DNA of 64,000 nt from Octopus sinensis (GCF_006345805.1 NC_043006.1:89900001-89964000), one strand, 5' to 3'; positions 11,786-25,027 are shown, numbered from the stretch's first letter. The notes: generated by a model not told the origin, from the sequence alone. A program made the numbers and translations.

Positions 11786-11913
11786 ATTTTAAAGAAAAAC
11801 ATACAAATTTCCACACGAAAGCACGTAACTTCAAACGTGTCTTCTCTGATGTGAATTTGCTACCCAGGTATCGGTTAACCGAATTATCCATAACAAGATA
11901 ATTCATTCAACTA

Positions 11914-11950
<37 letters not shown>

Positions 11951-12144
11951 GGATGTATGTGTCTGTGTATATATGCATACTTACAGTATATTACCAACAA
12001 GTGAGAGAGATGAGTTGTTTCAACATAGTTTAAGTTCAAAACTAAGAATCCAGCCAATCCTGATGACGTACATGTTGATGTACCTCAATTCTAATAAATC
12101 CTGCAACTGATCTATACATACATACATTCATACATATATACATT

Positions 12145-12600
12145 ATCATCATCATCATTTAATGTCTGCTTTCCATGTTGGCATGGGTTGGACAGTTTGA
12201 CTGAGGACTTGCCAGTCCTCAGTACTCAGATGACGGCACCAGGTTCCGATCTTGATCTGGCAGAGTTTCTATAGCTGGATGCCCTTCCTAACACCAACCA
12301 CTTCAAGAGTGTAGTGGGTTCTTTTACGTGCCACCAGCACGAGGGCCAGTCAAGTGATACTGGCATTGGCCACGCTGAAATGGTGCTTTTTACGTGCCAC
12401 CTACACAGGAGCTAGTCCAGCAGGACTGGCAACGACTTTGCTCGAATGCTTTTTCATGCGCCAGTAAGGCGACGCTGGTAATGATCACACTCGAATGGTG
12501 CTTTTTACATACCACAAGCATAGAAGCCAGTTAGCCACTCTGGCAACGATCACGCTCAGAAGGTGCTCTTAGCGCTCCACTAGCATGGAAGCCAGTCACC
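12145..12600 (+). mobile_element. Interspersed repeat family C ((CAT)n end; ggatgcccttcctaacNccaaccac core) with internal ~50-60 bp tandem subunits
   Basis: Core recurs more than 10 times (about 13850, 14050, 20640, 23920, 32100, 33790, 38010, 44480, 52070, 52500, 55760, 63920); class not assignable from sequence alone. Confidence 0.75.
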
Positions 12601-13032
12601 GAATTTGATTTCGATTTCATATACACACACACACACACACACAAATGAAAGAAGGGGACTCAACACATTTATTGTGAGTTACATGTATATACACCTGCTT
12701 GTTGTCCATACATCTGTCTTCATCTTTTGTTTTTCTGTAAATTTCAACTATGTATGTAATGATGTATGTATCTACCATTGCTTTTTATACACAAACAGGT
12801 ACACTGGTACTTTATTGAAGGGCAAAAGGCATAAAATGACCTCAGCAGGATGTGAATTAAAAATTCTGGATACTGGAATAAATACTACAAGGCATTTTGT
12901 TTGATGCACTATGGACTCTGACAATTCTCTGCCATGTTAACTGAATGGGAAGAAAGTTTAGCTGATTAAACAGCTAGGATACTTCCCTCCCCAATACTCT
13001 AACCCTAACCAACAGAGATCCACTTAGTTTAG

Positions 13033-13098
<66 letters not shown>

Positions 13099-14396
13099 TG
13101 TGTATGAGTAAGTGAATGAATGGATGAGTGTGCTGTGTGTAATGGGCTGATATGCTTGGGTAAAAGAGTAAATTAAAAAAGAATGTGAGGAGTGTCTGCT
13201 GGGGGGGGGGTACATGTGTAGGTGTAAGTAGTAGGTGTGTCTGTGTAAGTGACTAATTATACAGTGTGTATGTATGTCTGTGTATGTAACTGAATAGTTG
13301 TATGAATGAATAATAATTGTAAGTAAATTAGAGTGTGTGTGTGTGTGAAGATAAGTATGTCTGAGTGAATGAAGAGGGGGGGGTGTTTGTATGTGTAGGA
13401 GAAGCATCAGTAGAGGGTGTATATGCATTGATAAGGGTATATAATTATATAGGAGTATATGAATTAAAACCAATTGGATGAGAGCATCTGGTGTTGTTTA
13501 ATCCAGGGTCAGACCCACTGAAGAGGACCTATGATTGAAACTATTCCAGCCACGACCATCACCATATTATATTCAGGCACATTACATCTAAGACTACATT
13601 ACGAAATGCACTCACCTTGTGTGTGTGTGTGTGTATTGGGCACCCAGACCCAATGGCTGCTAACTAGGGTGTTCCCCCCCACAGACTGGGACAGCCTTTC
13701 AGTTTGTTCTTCCCACCCCTCAGTCCCTACAAATGACATACAACCAGGCAAAAAATAACTCAAAAATGCCTCGCCCACCCCATAAAAGGTTGGGAGTAAA
13801 TGAGTATATGTACATGTGATTGTGTATGAGTGTACGTACAATTATCCTCATTGTTTAACGTTCACCATCCATGCTGGCGTGGGTGGGACAGGGTTTGACA
13901 GGAGCCAGCAAGGCCGAAGCCTGCACCAGATTCCTGTATCTGTTTTGGTAGGATTTTTACAGCTGGATGCCTTTCCTAACACCAACCACCCAGCAGAATG
14001 GACTGACTGCTTTTTACATAACACAAGCACAGCTGAGGTCAATTTTGGCAAGATTTTTACAGCTGGATGCCCTTCCAAATGCCAACCACTTTACAGTGTG
14101 GGCTGGGTGCTTTTTAAATGGCCCCTGCAATGACAGGGTCACCAAGTAACTTGCAAGGGTTATACATGTGAAATTTCATGTGTGTGAGTGTGAGAGAAAG
14201 TTTAAAAGGGGAGGAAGGGTGGGGGGGGGGGTTAGCATAGTTGTTGTTTAGCCCAAGGTCGAGCCTGATCAAGCAGGTCTGTGGTCAAAGGCATTACAAC
14301 CATCACTATTCCATCTATCCTAACGAGGAATACATTCTTCAATGCATTTTTTTCTTTATATGAGGTTGTAGGGTGATATTTGAGGGAGATTTCCTT

Positions 14397-14430
<34 letters not shown>

Positions 14431-14617
14431 GCAGACTGAGTGACCATGTAAAGGCATTCCCATTAGTTTATCAGGTGGACATAGCCTGAATATAAAACGT
14501 GTGAAAGGTTGCTGCTTGGAAGCATAAAAGGTAACGACATGGTTCACATATTCTTTATTCGTTAACTTGTCTCAGTTGCTGGACGGAAGTGAATATCTTT
14601 TTTAAGAGGCATGAATA

Positions 14618-15165
14618 TAGCTGTGTGTTTAGGGAGTCAACTTTTCAACTATGAGGTTCTGGTTTCAGTCCCACTGCTTGGCACTTTGGGCAAGTGCCTT
14701 CTACTACATCTTCAAACTGACCCTTTTCAGTGGATTTGGTAGATGGAACCTAAAAGAAGTCTACTATGTATTGGTGCAAGTATGGTTGTGTGATAAGAAC
14801 TTTTTTCCCAACCACATGGTTGTGGTTTCAGTTCCACTGTGTGGTCCCTTGGCCAAAATGTCTTCTACTATAGTTCCATCACTGTGAGTGGTTTTTGGGG
14901 AAAAAACTGAAAGAAGACCATCATATTTATATACATGTATGTCTATGTGTGTGTGTCTGTGTCTGTCCACCACCACCACATGACAGCTGGTGTTGGTGTG
15001 TTTATGTTCCTTATAGCTTAGCAGTTAAGCAAAAGAGTTCAACAGAACAAAATACCAGACTTTTTAAAAAATGGCACTGGGATTGATTCATTCAACTAGA
15101 ATTCTTCAAGGTGATGCCCCAACATGGCCACAGCCAAGGTCACTGAAACAAGTAAAAGATAAAAA
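14618..15165 (+). mobile_element. SINE family A copy with two tandem heads
   Basis: Head motif (..cagtcccactg..ttgggcaagtg..ctact..) at about 14618 and again at about 14782, followed by one body and tail. Confidence 0.6.
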
Positions 15166-15502
15166 TATGTATTTTTTATAGGTTTGTGGGTTTTTGAGTT
15201 TAGCCCAGTTTTGACTTTGTGTGTTGATTGTAAACAAGTGTCACTGTTATACAAGCAATGATGTTCCTTTCCAATCTTCTGTGACAAACATACCTGGCCA
15301 TGGGGAAATATTAACTGGATTGGAAACAGGTGAGGGCTGGTGACAGGAAGAGTATCCAGCCATAGAAAAATTACCTGCCTCGATAAACTGTCTAATGCAT
15401 GCTAGCATGAGAAGGAGGACATTAAACGATAATTATATATATGCACAAGCACACAATTTATATGTATTAGTGTGAGTGTGTGTGTGAATGTGGGTAAATA
15501 TT

Positions 15503-15707
15503 CTGTTCTACTCTAGGCACAAGGCACAGAATTTTGTGGGGAGGGGACCAGTCAATTAGATCGACTCCAGTACGCAACTGGTATTTCATTTATTGATCCG
15601 CAAAAGGATGAAAGGCAAAGTCGACCTTGGCAGAATTTGAACTCAGAACCAAAATACCGCTAAGCATTTCACCTGGAGTGCTACTGTTTCTGCCAGCCGA
15701 TCACCTT
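15503..15707 (-). mobile_element. tRNA-SINE family B with 16-bp target-site duplication
   Basis: aatgtgggtaaatatt at 15487-15502 and 15708-15723; minus-strand B box gagttcaaattc. Confidence 0.85.
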
Positions 15708-16821
15708 AATGTGGGTAAATATTGCTATAGCAACGGTTCCAGTTTGCATGATGACTAGATGTTCTGTTCTTTCAAAGATGTGGCATAACAAAAGAATGTT
15801 TTACTTGAAAGACAAGTGAGGAGTTTTGATGACAGCAAAGTTTCCAACAAATGAGGAACCCTCAACATCAGGGGTCCCAAGTTGTTCTTCATTTATATGT
15901 GTACTTCACCACTCATCACCTTACACTGACGCAAAATTATACACCAAATAATCTCTCTATTAAAAGCTGGCCAAAATACTGCTTCAAGAGAGCAGGTTAG
16001 CAGTAGCAGACATATTATTGAAATGAGAAGAAAAATACATTTGGGTGAGAAGTTTTTATATGGAAATAAAGGGGAAAAAGCAGATTATACATGTATCCAT
16101 GAGTGTTGTGTGTGTGTGAAAGAGAGATAATGTACGTGTAGGTTTGTGATAAAGCACAATAGGGTATATGCAAGCATGCAAAAGATGTAGATAAGGGTGT
16201 GCACACACATGCACCTAAGTGTGTGTGTGTGCGTGTGTGAATACTCACACACGCACACACACATATGTACACCTACATCCTCCCACAGCATGTGCGTTGT
16301 GTTTGTGTGTGTAGCTGCTTGTGGCTGTGTCGTCAGGCAAGGAATGTCTTTCGAAAAAAATGAGTTAAATGGAATGCAAAAATAGTCTTTGTGGTTTTCA
16401 ATGAAATATTGATTTTCTTTGAATACATAAAACACAACCACAACAGCAACACCATCATCATCACCACTACAATAAGCATCCCCACCCCTACTATTTCTAC
16501 TATAACAGTAACAATATCATTTTTACAACAATAGTCACCCCACCACCACCACCACCACCACCACCACCACAATAAACATTTTTGCCCCCTCTACAATTAC
16601 AACAACAGTACTATTGATAATGATAATAATTCCTTTTTTATGGCCACACGAACCCCAGATGAAGGGACATTACATGGCCAGATTACAAAAAGTACAAAGC
16701 AGATTACATCAAAACTGAATGAAATAAAATGAAACAGGACAGTATATATAGCACACAAGATGGAGTATATCTATATCTGAGGGGAAGTCAAAAATTATCA
16801 TATATGTATGTATGTATATAT

Positions 16822-17239
16822 TCTCTTTTATTTTTTTTCTCTTTTAATTGTTTCAGTCATTTGACTGCGGCCATGCTGGAGCACCGCCTTTAATCGAACA
16901 AATCGACCCCGGGACTTATTCTTTGTAAGCCCAGTACTTATTCTATCGGTCTCTTTTGCCGAACCGCTATGTGACGGGGACGTAAACACACCAGCATCGG
17001 TTGTCAAGCAATGCTAGGGGGACAAACACACACACACAAACATATACACACACACTTATATATGTATATACATATATGCGACAGGCTTCTTTCAGTTTCC
17101 ATCTACCAAATCCACTCACAAGGCATTGGTCGGCCCGAGGCTATAGCAGAAGACACTTGCCCAAGATGCCACGCAGTGGGACTGAACCCGGAACCGTGTG
17201 GTTGGTTAGCAAGCTACTTACCACACAGCCACTCCTGCG

Positions 17240-17243
<4 letters not shown>
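16822..17243 (-). mobile_element. tRNA-derived SINE family A, young full-length copy
   Basis: Near-identical to 11378-11785; 5' end taggcgcaggagtggctgtgtgg lies next to a (TA)n run. Confidence 0.85.
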
Positions 17244-17296
<53 letters not shown>

Positions 17297-17450
17297 ACCA
17301 TCACGTGACCGACCAGTCCATCAGATGTAGTTACACATTGCTGGTTACAATGCGTTCGAATTGTTTTAGCCTTCGAATGACGCCACCCCGCTGGCTAAGC
17401 GAGCAGGCCAACTATGGATAAATATATATACATATATATATATATATATA

Positions 17451-18150
17451 GCAGGTGAAGTCAAAAACTATCCGCACTTTTGCCATAACATATCTTTATT
17501 ATTGTCCCACTGCCTTCTGTGCCTGCATGCTTATAGTTGGTACTATTGTGGTCATGTGATGGAAGTTTGAGCCTGATCGCACCATTTTTCTTTCTGGCTT
17601 TGCAGCGTAAGCATGACTGCTGCACTAGCAACGTGCACCGAAGAAGAACAAAGAGCAGTATAGGCATGGCTGCTCCACTAAACAAAGAGCAGTGATCCAA
17701 GAGATGGTAATGGTGAGCTGGTTCACCATTACCATCTCTTGAGCTTTCTGAATCTTCTTGTCACAGGTAAAGGTTGATGGGCATCTGACTTCCTCTTTGT
17801 GAGTCATGCTTATCCAGTCACTTTTAAACTTCTCGATCCACTCACACACACTTCTACATGGTAGAACAATGTCCTCATTTTGTGCTAAAAGCCTCCGATG
17901 AATTCCAGCACCTGACACACCTTTCAATCAGAGGAATCGGATCATTGCTTCTGTTCTTCTTTGCTGCACGTTGTTAGTGGAGCAGTCATGCTTACGCTGC
18001 AAAGCCAGAAAGAACAATGGTGTGACCAGACTCAAACGTTGATCACAGGACCACAATAGTACCAACTTTAAACACACATGAGCAGAAGGCAGTGGGACAA
18101 TAATAAAGATATGTTATGGCAAAAGTGCAGATAATTTTTCACTTCCCTTC

Positions 18151-18151
<1 letters not shown>
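17451..18151 (-). mobile_element. Mariner-derived fold-back element (two 5' ends facing inward)
   Basis: Minus: MTAPLTTCSKEEQ..KGVSGAGIHRRL..RSVCEWIEKFK..RCPST (mariner N-terminal HTH); 17451-17660 is an inverted copy of the same 5' end (MTAALATCTEEEQRA); TA flanks. Confidence 0.85.
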
Positions 18152-18181
<30 letters not shown>

Positions 18182-18234
18182 CATATATAATAAAGATATG
18201 TCATGGCAAAAGTGCGGATAATTTTTCACTTCCC

Positions 18235-18274
<40 letters not shown>

Positions 18275-18331
18275 CATATATAATAAAGATATGTTATGGT
18301 GAAAGTGTGGATAATTTTTGACTTCCCCTCA
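18100..18331 (-). repeat. Three tandem copies of the mariner terminal 52 bp separated by (TA)n
   Basis: ataataaagat..gataatttttSacttcccYtca at 18100-18151, 18187-18238 and 18280-18331. Confidence 0.9.
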
Positions 18332-20243
18332 TATATAGATATGGTGTATAAATATGCTTAACATTATCACCAGAGTCCATCATCTAGTGGCACCCACAGC
18401 AGCATACTGGTTGAGGGTACAGCATCCCCCTCCAGTCGTCAGTTAGGGATTGAAGAAGAAAAAGATATAAATATGCTAATTATAATATAGATGATAGGGT
18501 AAAAGGAGTACAAGTGCTAGTGACAATGAAGGAGTCACCAGACTCAGGATTACTCTGATTAACAAAGGTAAGTGCTCTCTCTCCCTCTCCCCCCTCTCTC
18601 CCCCCCCTCTCTCTCTCTGTTGCATTCTCTCTGAAAGTAGGGCCATTTACAAGGACCATGTTTACTGTTCACTCTCAACCATCCTTTAAACAAATTTGTG
18701 GGGGGAGGGGGGACAGTACCACTTAACAAAGATGAAGATTTGGCCAGAAAGGAAAGTGTCTGTCGTCAGTCACATCCACCACAGAATCTCTTTCACCATT
18801 GTCACAAGAGGAGAAACAGCTTGACCCTTCCTGACTGAAGGGAGGCTATATTATGTTGACCACCTCAGTTGGTAACAAGATCTATCCGACACACAACAAT
18901 AGCTGTTCAACAAAGTTCCAAAGCTCAAACACTGAATGATTAAACAGACAGAAAATAAATGAAGGTGGTGCTCCAGCATAGCCACAGTCCTAAGACTGAA
19001 GCCATTAGAATAATAAAAGAAAGAGTAGATATGGAATGTCTTCATTATTTTTGGTTCATCTAAGACAGGTTTGATTAGCACCACTTGTAGAGACTGAAAT
19101 CATCTCAAACTGGCATCCCCCATAGCAGAAGCAGGTCGAAAACTTGTCGGAGATATCCAACACCATTAGCATTATTAATGCAACAATAACTATAATAAAC
19201 ACCTCGACTACAACAGTAAAAGAAATAATTATGCTGGGTTTTTTTTTTTTTTACATTATCATCATCATCATCATTGTCATAATAAATGTAATTGACAGTT
19301 GTTTTCATTATTTTGCATTTGTAAGTTCAGCTGCTTCCCTGGGAATTGCTTGGATGAGGGATTGATATGCAGCAGTTATTTGACCCAGTTTGTGATGAGT
19401 CATGTAGAACACCAGAGTCAGAAATTAAATTACTGTTAGCAACATATTTAATGAAAAAAAAAACATCAAATACCCTATAACAAATAATAATGATGCAGTG
19501 AGGAAAAGGAAGCATCAATTCAACTATGGATATTATATAGTTTAAAAATTTCACTGAGTTATGGGAGTTAATTTTGGACATGTTTCTGTCTGACTAGACC
19601 TCTTCAAAAAGCACAAGTTTTGCTTTAATTGTTGGAAGCACAATGTAAATGTACAAAATGAGATAGAAGTAGGTATGGAAGACTGTCGACAGCATTTTTA
19701 AGTTAGCTTCTTTGATGCTAGGATGATTTAGATGAAAGTTCTTGAGTCAGTATTCTTAGACTGGTTGACTGGATGCCTCCCCTGCTAGATACTTTGTGCC
19801 ACTGGTCTTTGCATGATGAACTGCCAAGTTGCAGAACTTGAACAAATGTCACCATTGTCCAGTCAGCATCAATGCAAAGTGATACAAGGAGAAACTTCCA
19901 CACCAATTCTACACACACACATTGTGTGATATATGGCTTCATAGAATATAAAATCATGTGGCTATCACAGAAAGCTTCTCTAACAGAACCAGTTAACAGA
20001 GCACATAGAAATCCAATACAGAGGAGTATAATGATGCAGAGTGTCAATGCAACTGAAATCCGAAAGATCCAATCAATGAAATTATTTTGTGAGGTGTATA
20101 TAAACCATAAAAAGTGAGGAAGTAAGAGAGGTGAATGTATTCATTTAACTAATTTGACATCTTTAGGATTATGGCCATTTCACAGCCTTCTTCATGTAAT
20201 GGTAATAATTTCAGTGTATAATGAATTACACACTAATAAGCAG

Positions 20244-20348
20244 GCTCTGCATTATACAGTACAATTGTATATTCACAAATCAATGTAAATAAAGAGGGCC
20301 AGCTCATCAAATCACCAGAACATGATGATTGCACCAATGGTTCAACAG
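20244..20348 (+). other. Candidate 105-nt phase 1-1 coding exon
   Basis: cag|GC..ACAG|gtaagc; open frame SALYSTIVYSQINVNKEGQLIKSPEHDDCTNGST; weak polypyrimidine tract. Confidence 0.25.
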
Positions 20349-20929
20349 GTAAGCATAATTTATTATAACCTGAAATCGTGATTACATAAAAAAGGCTACG
20401 AAACAGCTGTAATCCTCCTGACGATTTATGGTACACACACAAACACATGCATATAAGATGCAGACAAAGCTGTGTGGTTGAGAAGTTCACTTCTCAATCA
20501 AGTGATTTTGAGTTCAGTCCCACTACTTGGCACTTTGGGCAAACATCTTCAGGTCTAGCCCTAGGCTGACCAAAGCCTTGTAAATCAATTTACAAGATAG
20601 AAACTGGAAAGAAACCAAGTGTATATATCATCATCATCATCATTTAATGACCCTTTTTCTGTGTTGGCATGGACTGGATGGTTTGACAGGAACCAATGAG
20701 CCAGAGGGCCATGCTGAGCTGCAATATCTGCTTTGGCATGGTTTCAACAGCTGTAAGCTCTTTCTGATGTATGTGTTTGTGTGTGCGCATGCACATTAGC
20801 TTACAACTGCACTCACTAATTCAAAAGTCATGATTTTGAAAGGTGCTGTTGTGACAGGCAAGAGGTCAGAGTATAAAAGAAGGACAAATTTTATATAAGT
20901 GTATATATATATATATACACAGCATGCAA

Positions 20930-21340
20930 TCATCTTGTCCACTTTACTCTATACCGGTCACAAATCAATCCCCTTGGTGTCTTCAACCAATTCCTTGCCT
21001 TATTCTTGATGATCAAGTCACCAATGTTTCAATTGGAGGAATTGAATCATTTCCTATGCGATCACAACTTCATTGGACAAGTCATATCATGTGTGGGTGT
21101 GTGCACAGACAGCTTGAGGAGGGTAAGAGACATATTGGAAGGCCCTGGCTCTGCTTTTAAGGACAAATTGAAGGAAAACCTCAAATGTGTATATGTTCCT
21201 CTTGTTTCTATTGAAGAGCTTGCCCAAGAGCGATGCCAAATGGAGATCAACCTATTTTGAAGCAATTCACAACTCTGAAAGTCAATCATTGATCCATCTT
21301 CAAGGAAAAGGAACTGAGGCACAATACAGAAATGCAATCC
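20930..21340 (+). mobile_element. RTE (BovB-like) LINE 3' fragment
   Basis: Across frames: IESFPMRSQLHWTSHI..GKRHIGRP..FKDKLKENLK..EELAQER..WRS, matching the RTE C-terminal region. Confidence 0.75.
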
Positions 21341-23039
21341 CAGCGGATCAGTGCAACGGTTCTGTGTCCTGTCCTCAGGGTGGACAATTTTGCTAATCTT
21401 TAGCTGGATTAAAGTCACATTAGAGACACAAACACAAGTAAAAACAATTATGTTAAGGCTCCTGGACCTTGTATATTGAAATTGGTGAGCAAGCCCGTCG
21501 TGTGTGTGTGTGTACGTGCGTGTGCGTGTGTATGCATATATAAACACAGACATACACTTTATATTTAATGAAGATTACTGTGAGATATACCTATATTAGG
21601 TTTTGTATGTATTGGGTTTGTATAGAATTTTCGAATACTGTTGTTTAATGATACTGGAGGATACATCATGATATGTAGACAGATACTTAGGTATAGATGT
21701 GTGTGTGTGGTGGGGTTTGAGAGGAGGATAAAGATCAGAGCAGTGGTGGTGATGGTGGTGGGGAGATGGGAGAGCACATAAGAGAGTCAGATTGAAAGGA
21801 GAAAAGATAGACAGAGTTTGAGAGAGAGAGAGAGAAAGCAAGAGAGTAAAGTCAGGAGTGGAGGGAGGATTGTGTGTGTATGTAGAATATGATATAAATA
21901 ATGTGCCACTGTTGATTGCCTTTCTTAATAATGCATGGTTATTAGATCAGTCAACCTGTAAATGAGAGAGAATATGAAGCTGAGGGGATGATCTCTTGAG
22001 AGAAAGGAGAGTGAAAGGCACATAAAGAATGAATGACAGACTCAGAGAAAGAGGGGGAGAACGAGTTAAAGGGGGGTGACAGATAGGTAATTCCAGTTGC
22101 TAGAGAAAAATACAAAGACATCTGCCTAAACAAAACAGTGGAATTGGTTAATCTCTGGAGAATTTGAGGAAATTGTCCAATCATATATTTGATAAAGTAA
22201 AATTATTTCTTTTTAAAGAGAGAGAGAATAAGAGAGAGAATAAGGGAGAGAACTAGAGAGAGAGAGAGAATAAGAGAGAGAACGAGAGTGAGATCGAAAG
22301 AGAGAGAGAGAATGAGAGAGAGAGAGAATAAGAAAGAGAACGAGAGAGAGAAACAACAAAAAATGCGTATACATTTTTTTTTGTTTCCTTTGATTTCGTT
22401 TTTAGCGACCAAAGAAAGCAGCAACACATTCTTCTGCCATGCTTCTTCCAATCAGTTAACATAAAAAATACATAGAAATGTGTTCTCTTGGGTATTACAG
22501 TGGAAAGTTCTTCACAGCAATTAGCTTAATACATTGTGAATGAGATGGGAGGTGGGGTGGATGCAGAGACAAAAGAAACAAAAAAACAAAAAGAATTCAA
22601 ATTTTAATGTTTTCTCAATAGATTTCAGAGCCACAGATGATGCTATGGCGACAAGAGAACTGGACAGGATAGCAAAGATATGGAGCAGCAGCTATTCATT
22701 CAATGTTTCGCAATTAACATTAGAAAGAACCAAACATATAAGCTTTTAGTTGGCAGCAATTTCATTGATTGGCTTTTATTAGTTTTCTTCAGATAAATAC
22801 AACCAACCGGCCAGACAGATAGGCAACCAGTCTATAGTGATGGAATGGCAAACATTTTAAAAAATTACAGGATATGGTTCAAATTCTATATGGTGAGCCA
22901 ACTACATTGTGGATCAACTTGCAGTTTCCTTTAAACAGTGATGGATACAATCAGCCAGGTGTACAACAGGTCAGCTTTAAACCCATTGTCTTCTTTCATG
23001 TTCATACTTACATGGTGAGACTTACAAAGGCAGATTTTG

Positions 23040-23560
23040 CTACACTGGATGCTCCCTTCTCTGATGAAGCCCATCAAACAAGAATTTAACAAAACCAAAG
23101 TATTCATTTTGCTCCACAGGGTTCACCATATATCTTTAATGCCCAGCTCAACTCAGCTCCTCAGAATTAGACAGTTACACAGTGCAACCACCTTCAGCTC
23201 AAGCCTACTTGACACACCTATGGCTATTTCCAGGTGTTCATGATCCAAAAGGAGGTCACAAATCCCTGTTTATGTTAAACAATGTGCTTCCAGTTCCGTA
23301 TATGACACCACCCCAACAAGAAATTATGGACTAATGAGCATCCTTAGTCTTGCTGCTGAAACACCTGCTGTACCTGCCTTAAGGTGGCACTGGACACACC
23401 TGTCTTGTGCCACTCCTAACGTACCACATCCTGTAGGCTTATTCTAATGCTTGATTCTTCCTCCCCCATATATCAACCCTCTGGAATTCCCTTCCTAATT
23501 CCTTTTTTGGCTTTTCCAAGCAGATGTCAACTACAGTCTGCTTTTAGTCCTAGGACTCAT
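23040..23560 (+). mobile_element. L2/CR1-type LINE 3' fragment, highly decayed
   Basis: STQLLRI..SLLD region and FFLPHISTLWNSLP near 23455-23500, like the L2/CR1 terminal F.PRT..LWNSLP motif. Confidence 0.5.
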
Positions 23561-24984
23561 AACACCCAGAGTTTAACCCAGTGTCCATGACCTATAAGTG
23601 ACCATGGTTAACTCCCTAGCATTTGCTGGAACTCATTTAGAGATGATTGGACTAGAGCAAGAAGGAAATGAAGTGGTTTACTCAAGAACACAACATGCTG
23701 TCCAGTCTGGGAATCGAAACTCTGATCATACATTCATGAGTGCAACACCACAAGGTCATACATCTTCAGATGTCAACTTCCAGGAGATAAAACAGAGCAA
23801 CTACATCAATCGTACAGGTGTGAAATACAGGTAGTAAAGGTGACAAGTACCATTGTCGCATACAATTTTGAATTTTAGCAGAGATGTTAACACCAGCCAT
23901 TTACACTCTGCAAAGTGGTTGGCATTAGGAAGGGCACCCAGCCACAGAAACAATGGCAAAACACACAACTGAAGCCTGATACAGTTTCCAGCCTTGCCAG
24001 CCCTTGTCAAACTGTCTAATCCATGCCAGCATGGGAAGCAGATGTTAAATGATGATGATGATGATGATATTTGTCCCAAGAGAGTTTTTGTTTGGATCCT
24101 GTTGAAGGTTTATTGCATTAAACAGAACATTTAATTCTTTTTTTTCTAAGGGCGAAAAAAAAGTCTATAGAATATCTTAGAATCTTGATAGCGGAGAGGA
24201 ATGGTGGCAAGTTTAACATTAATTGTCCGGGTCTTTTATTGAAGAATACAAAAAGATGAAGATATGGTCATCTTGTACCCTTTTCTATTGAACAGCAGAT
24301 TGAGAAGAAGAGGGAGTTGTTAAACCTCATGACAAACAGTTCAATAAGTTAATTGTTGCTGACACAGGACCTTATTTATGTCTTCAAATTCGATTTGATT
24401 CAATTTTTGTGTGTTTCATTCATAAACACCAGAATTTTATTCCTACTTCATGATTTTGCACTTAGTAGCAGGAAACAAAAAAAAATCCAATAATCAAAAA
24501 AAAGATAATAAATACTAAAAAAAAACTTATAAACAAATGAAAATCAATCTGTGCCAGTGATAACATGATCATGGAAAAGATGGTTGTGAAAAAAGTGAAA
24601 GACAGGAAGAAAATAAAGAAGATGAAGAATGAGGAGGAGGAGGAGGAGGAGGAAGAAAAAGAGGAGGGGGAGGGGGAAAGCGTTGCATGAGGAAGACAAT
24701 CTTCCACAATTTTAAACACTGGTGAGGTTTTCATTGTCAATGATTATCAGGGGCCCTGTTGTTATTCATGCTGGAGCATTAAAATATCAACTTGTCATGG
24801 AGTCACAAAGCAAGAAAAGAGTCAAGATAAAAACAAGAAATAAAAGAAAAAAAAATCTCAATAGTTTTCTAGTTTGTTGAGGAAGAACAGAAAATAAATA
24901 GAAAAAGAAAAAAGAAAGGGAGGCTGAAGAAGAAATATATAAAAAATAAAATTTACCATCATTGTCATCATAATCATCATGATG

Positions 24985-25026
<42 letters not shown>

Positions 25027-25027
25027 T

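Noticed and set aside
11871-11904. 12-bp palindrome tcggttaaccga with adjacent 8-bp inverted repeat
   Set aside because: Too short to exceed chance in 64 kb without other support.
12340-12600. CRISPR-like array
   Set aside because: Eukaryotic context, degenerate units, no unique spacers, no cas genes.
13516-13545. ctgaagaggacctatgattgaaac as a hammerhead
   Set aside because: No stem II pairing; it is a decayed copy of a repeat also seen near 14255 and 59945 (..gacctatgatcaaag..).
14208-14232. G-quadruplex candidate
   Set aside because: Simple G run among many low-complexity tracts; nothing links it to a function.
18498-18567. Exon ending AAG|GTAAGT
   Set aside because: Acceptor lacks a pyrimidine tract; peptide unrecognised; donor hexamer is common by chance.
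23058-23080. ctgatgaagccc as a hammerhead core
   Set aside because: No closing stem or GAAA; lies in the L2/CR1 relic.
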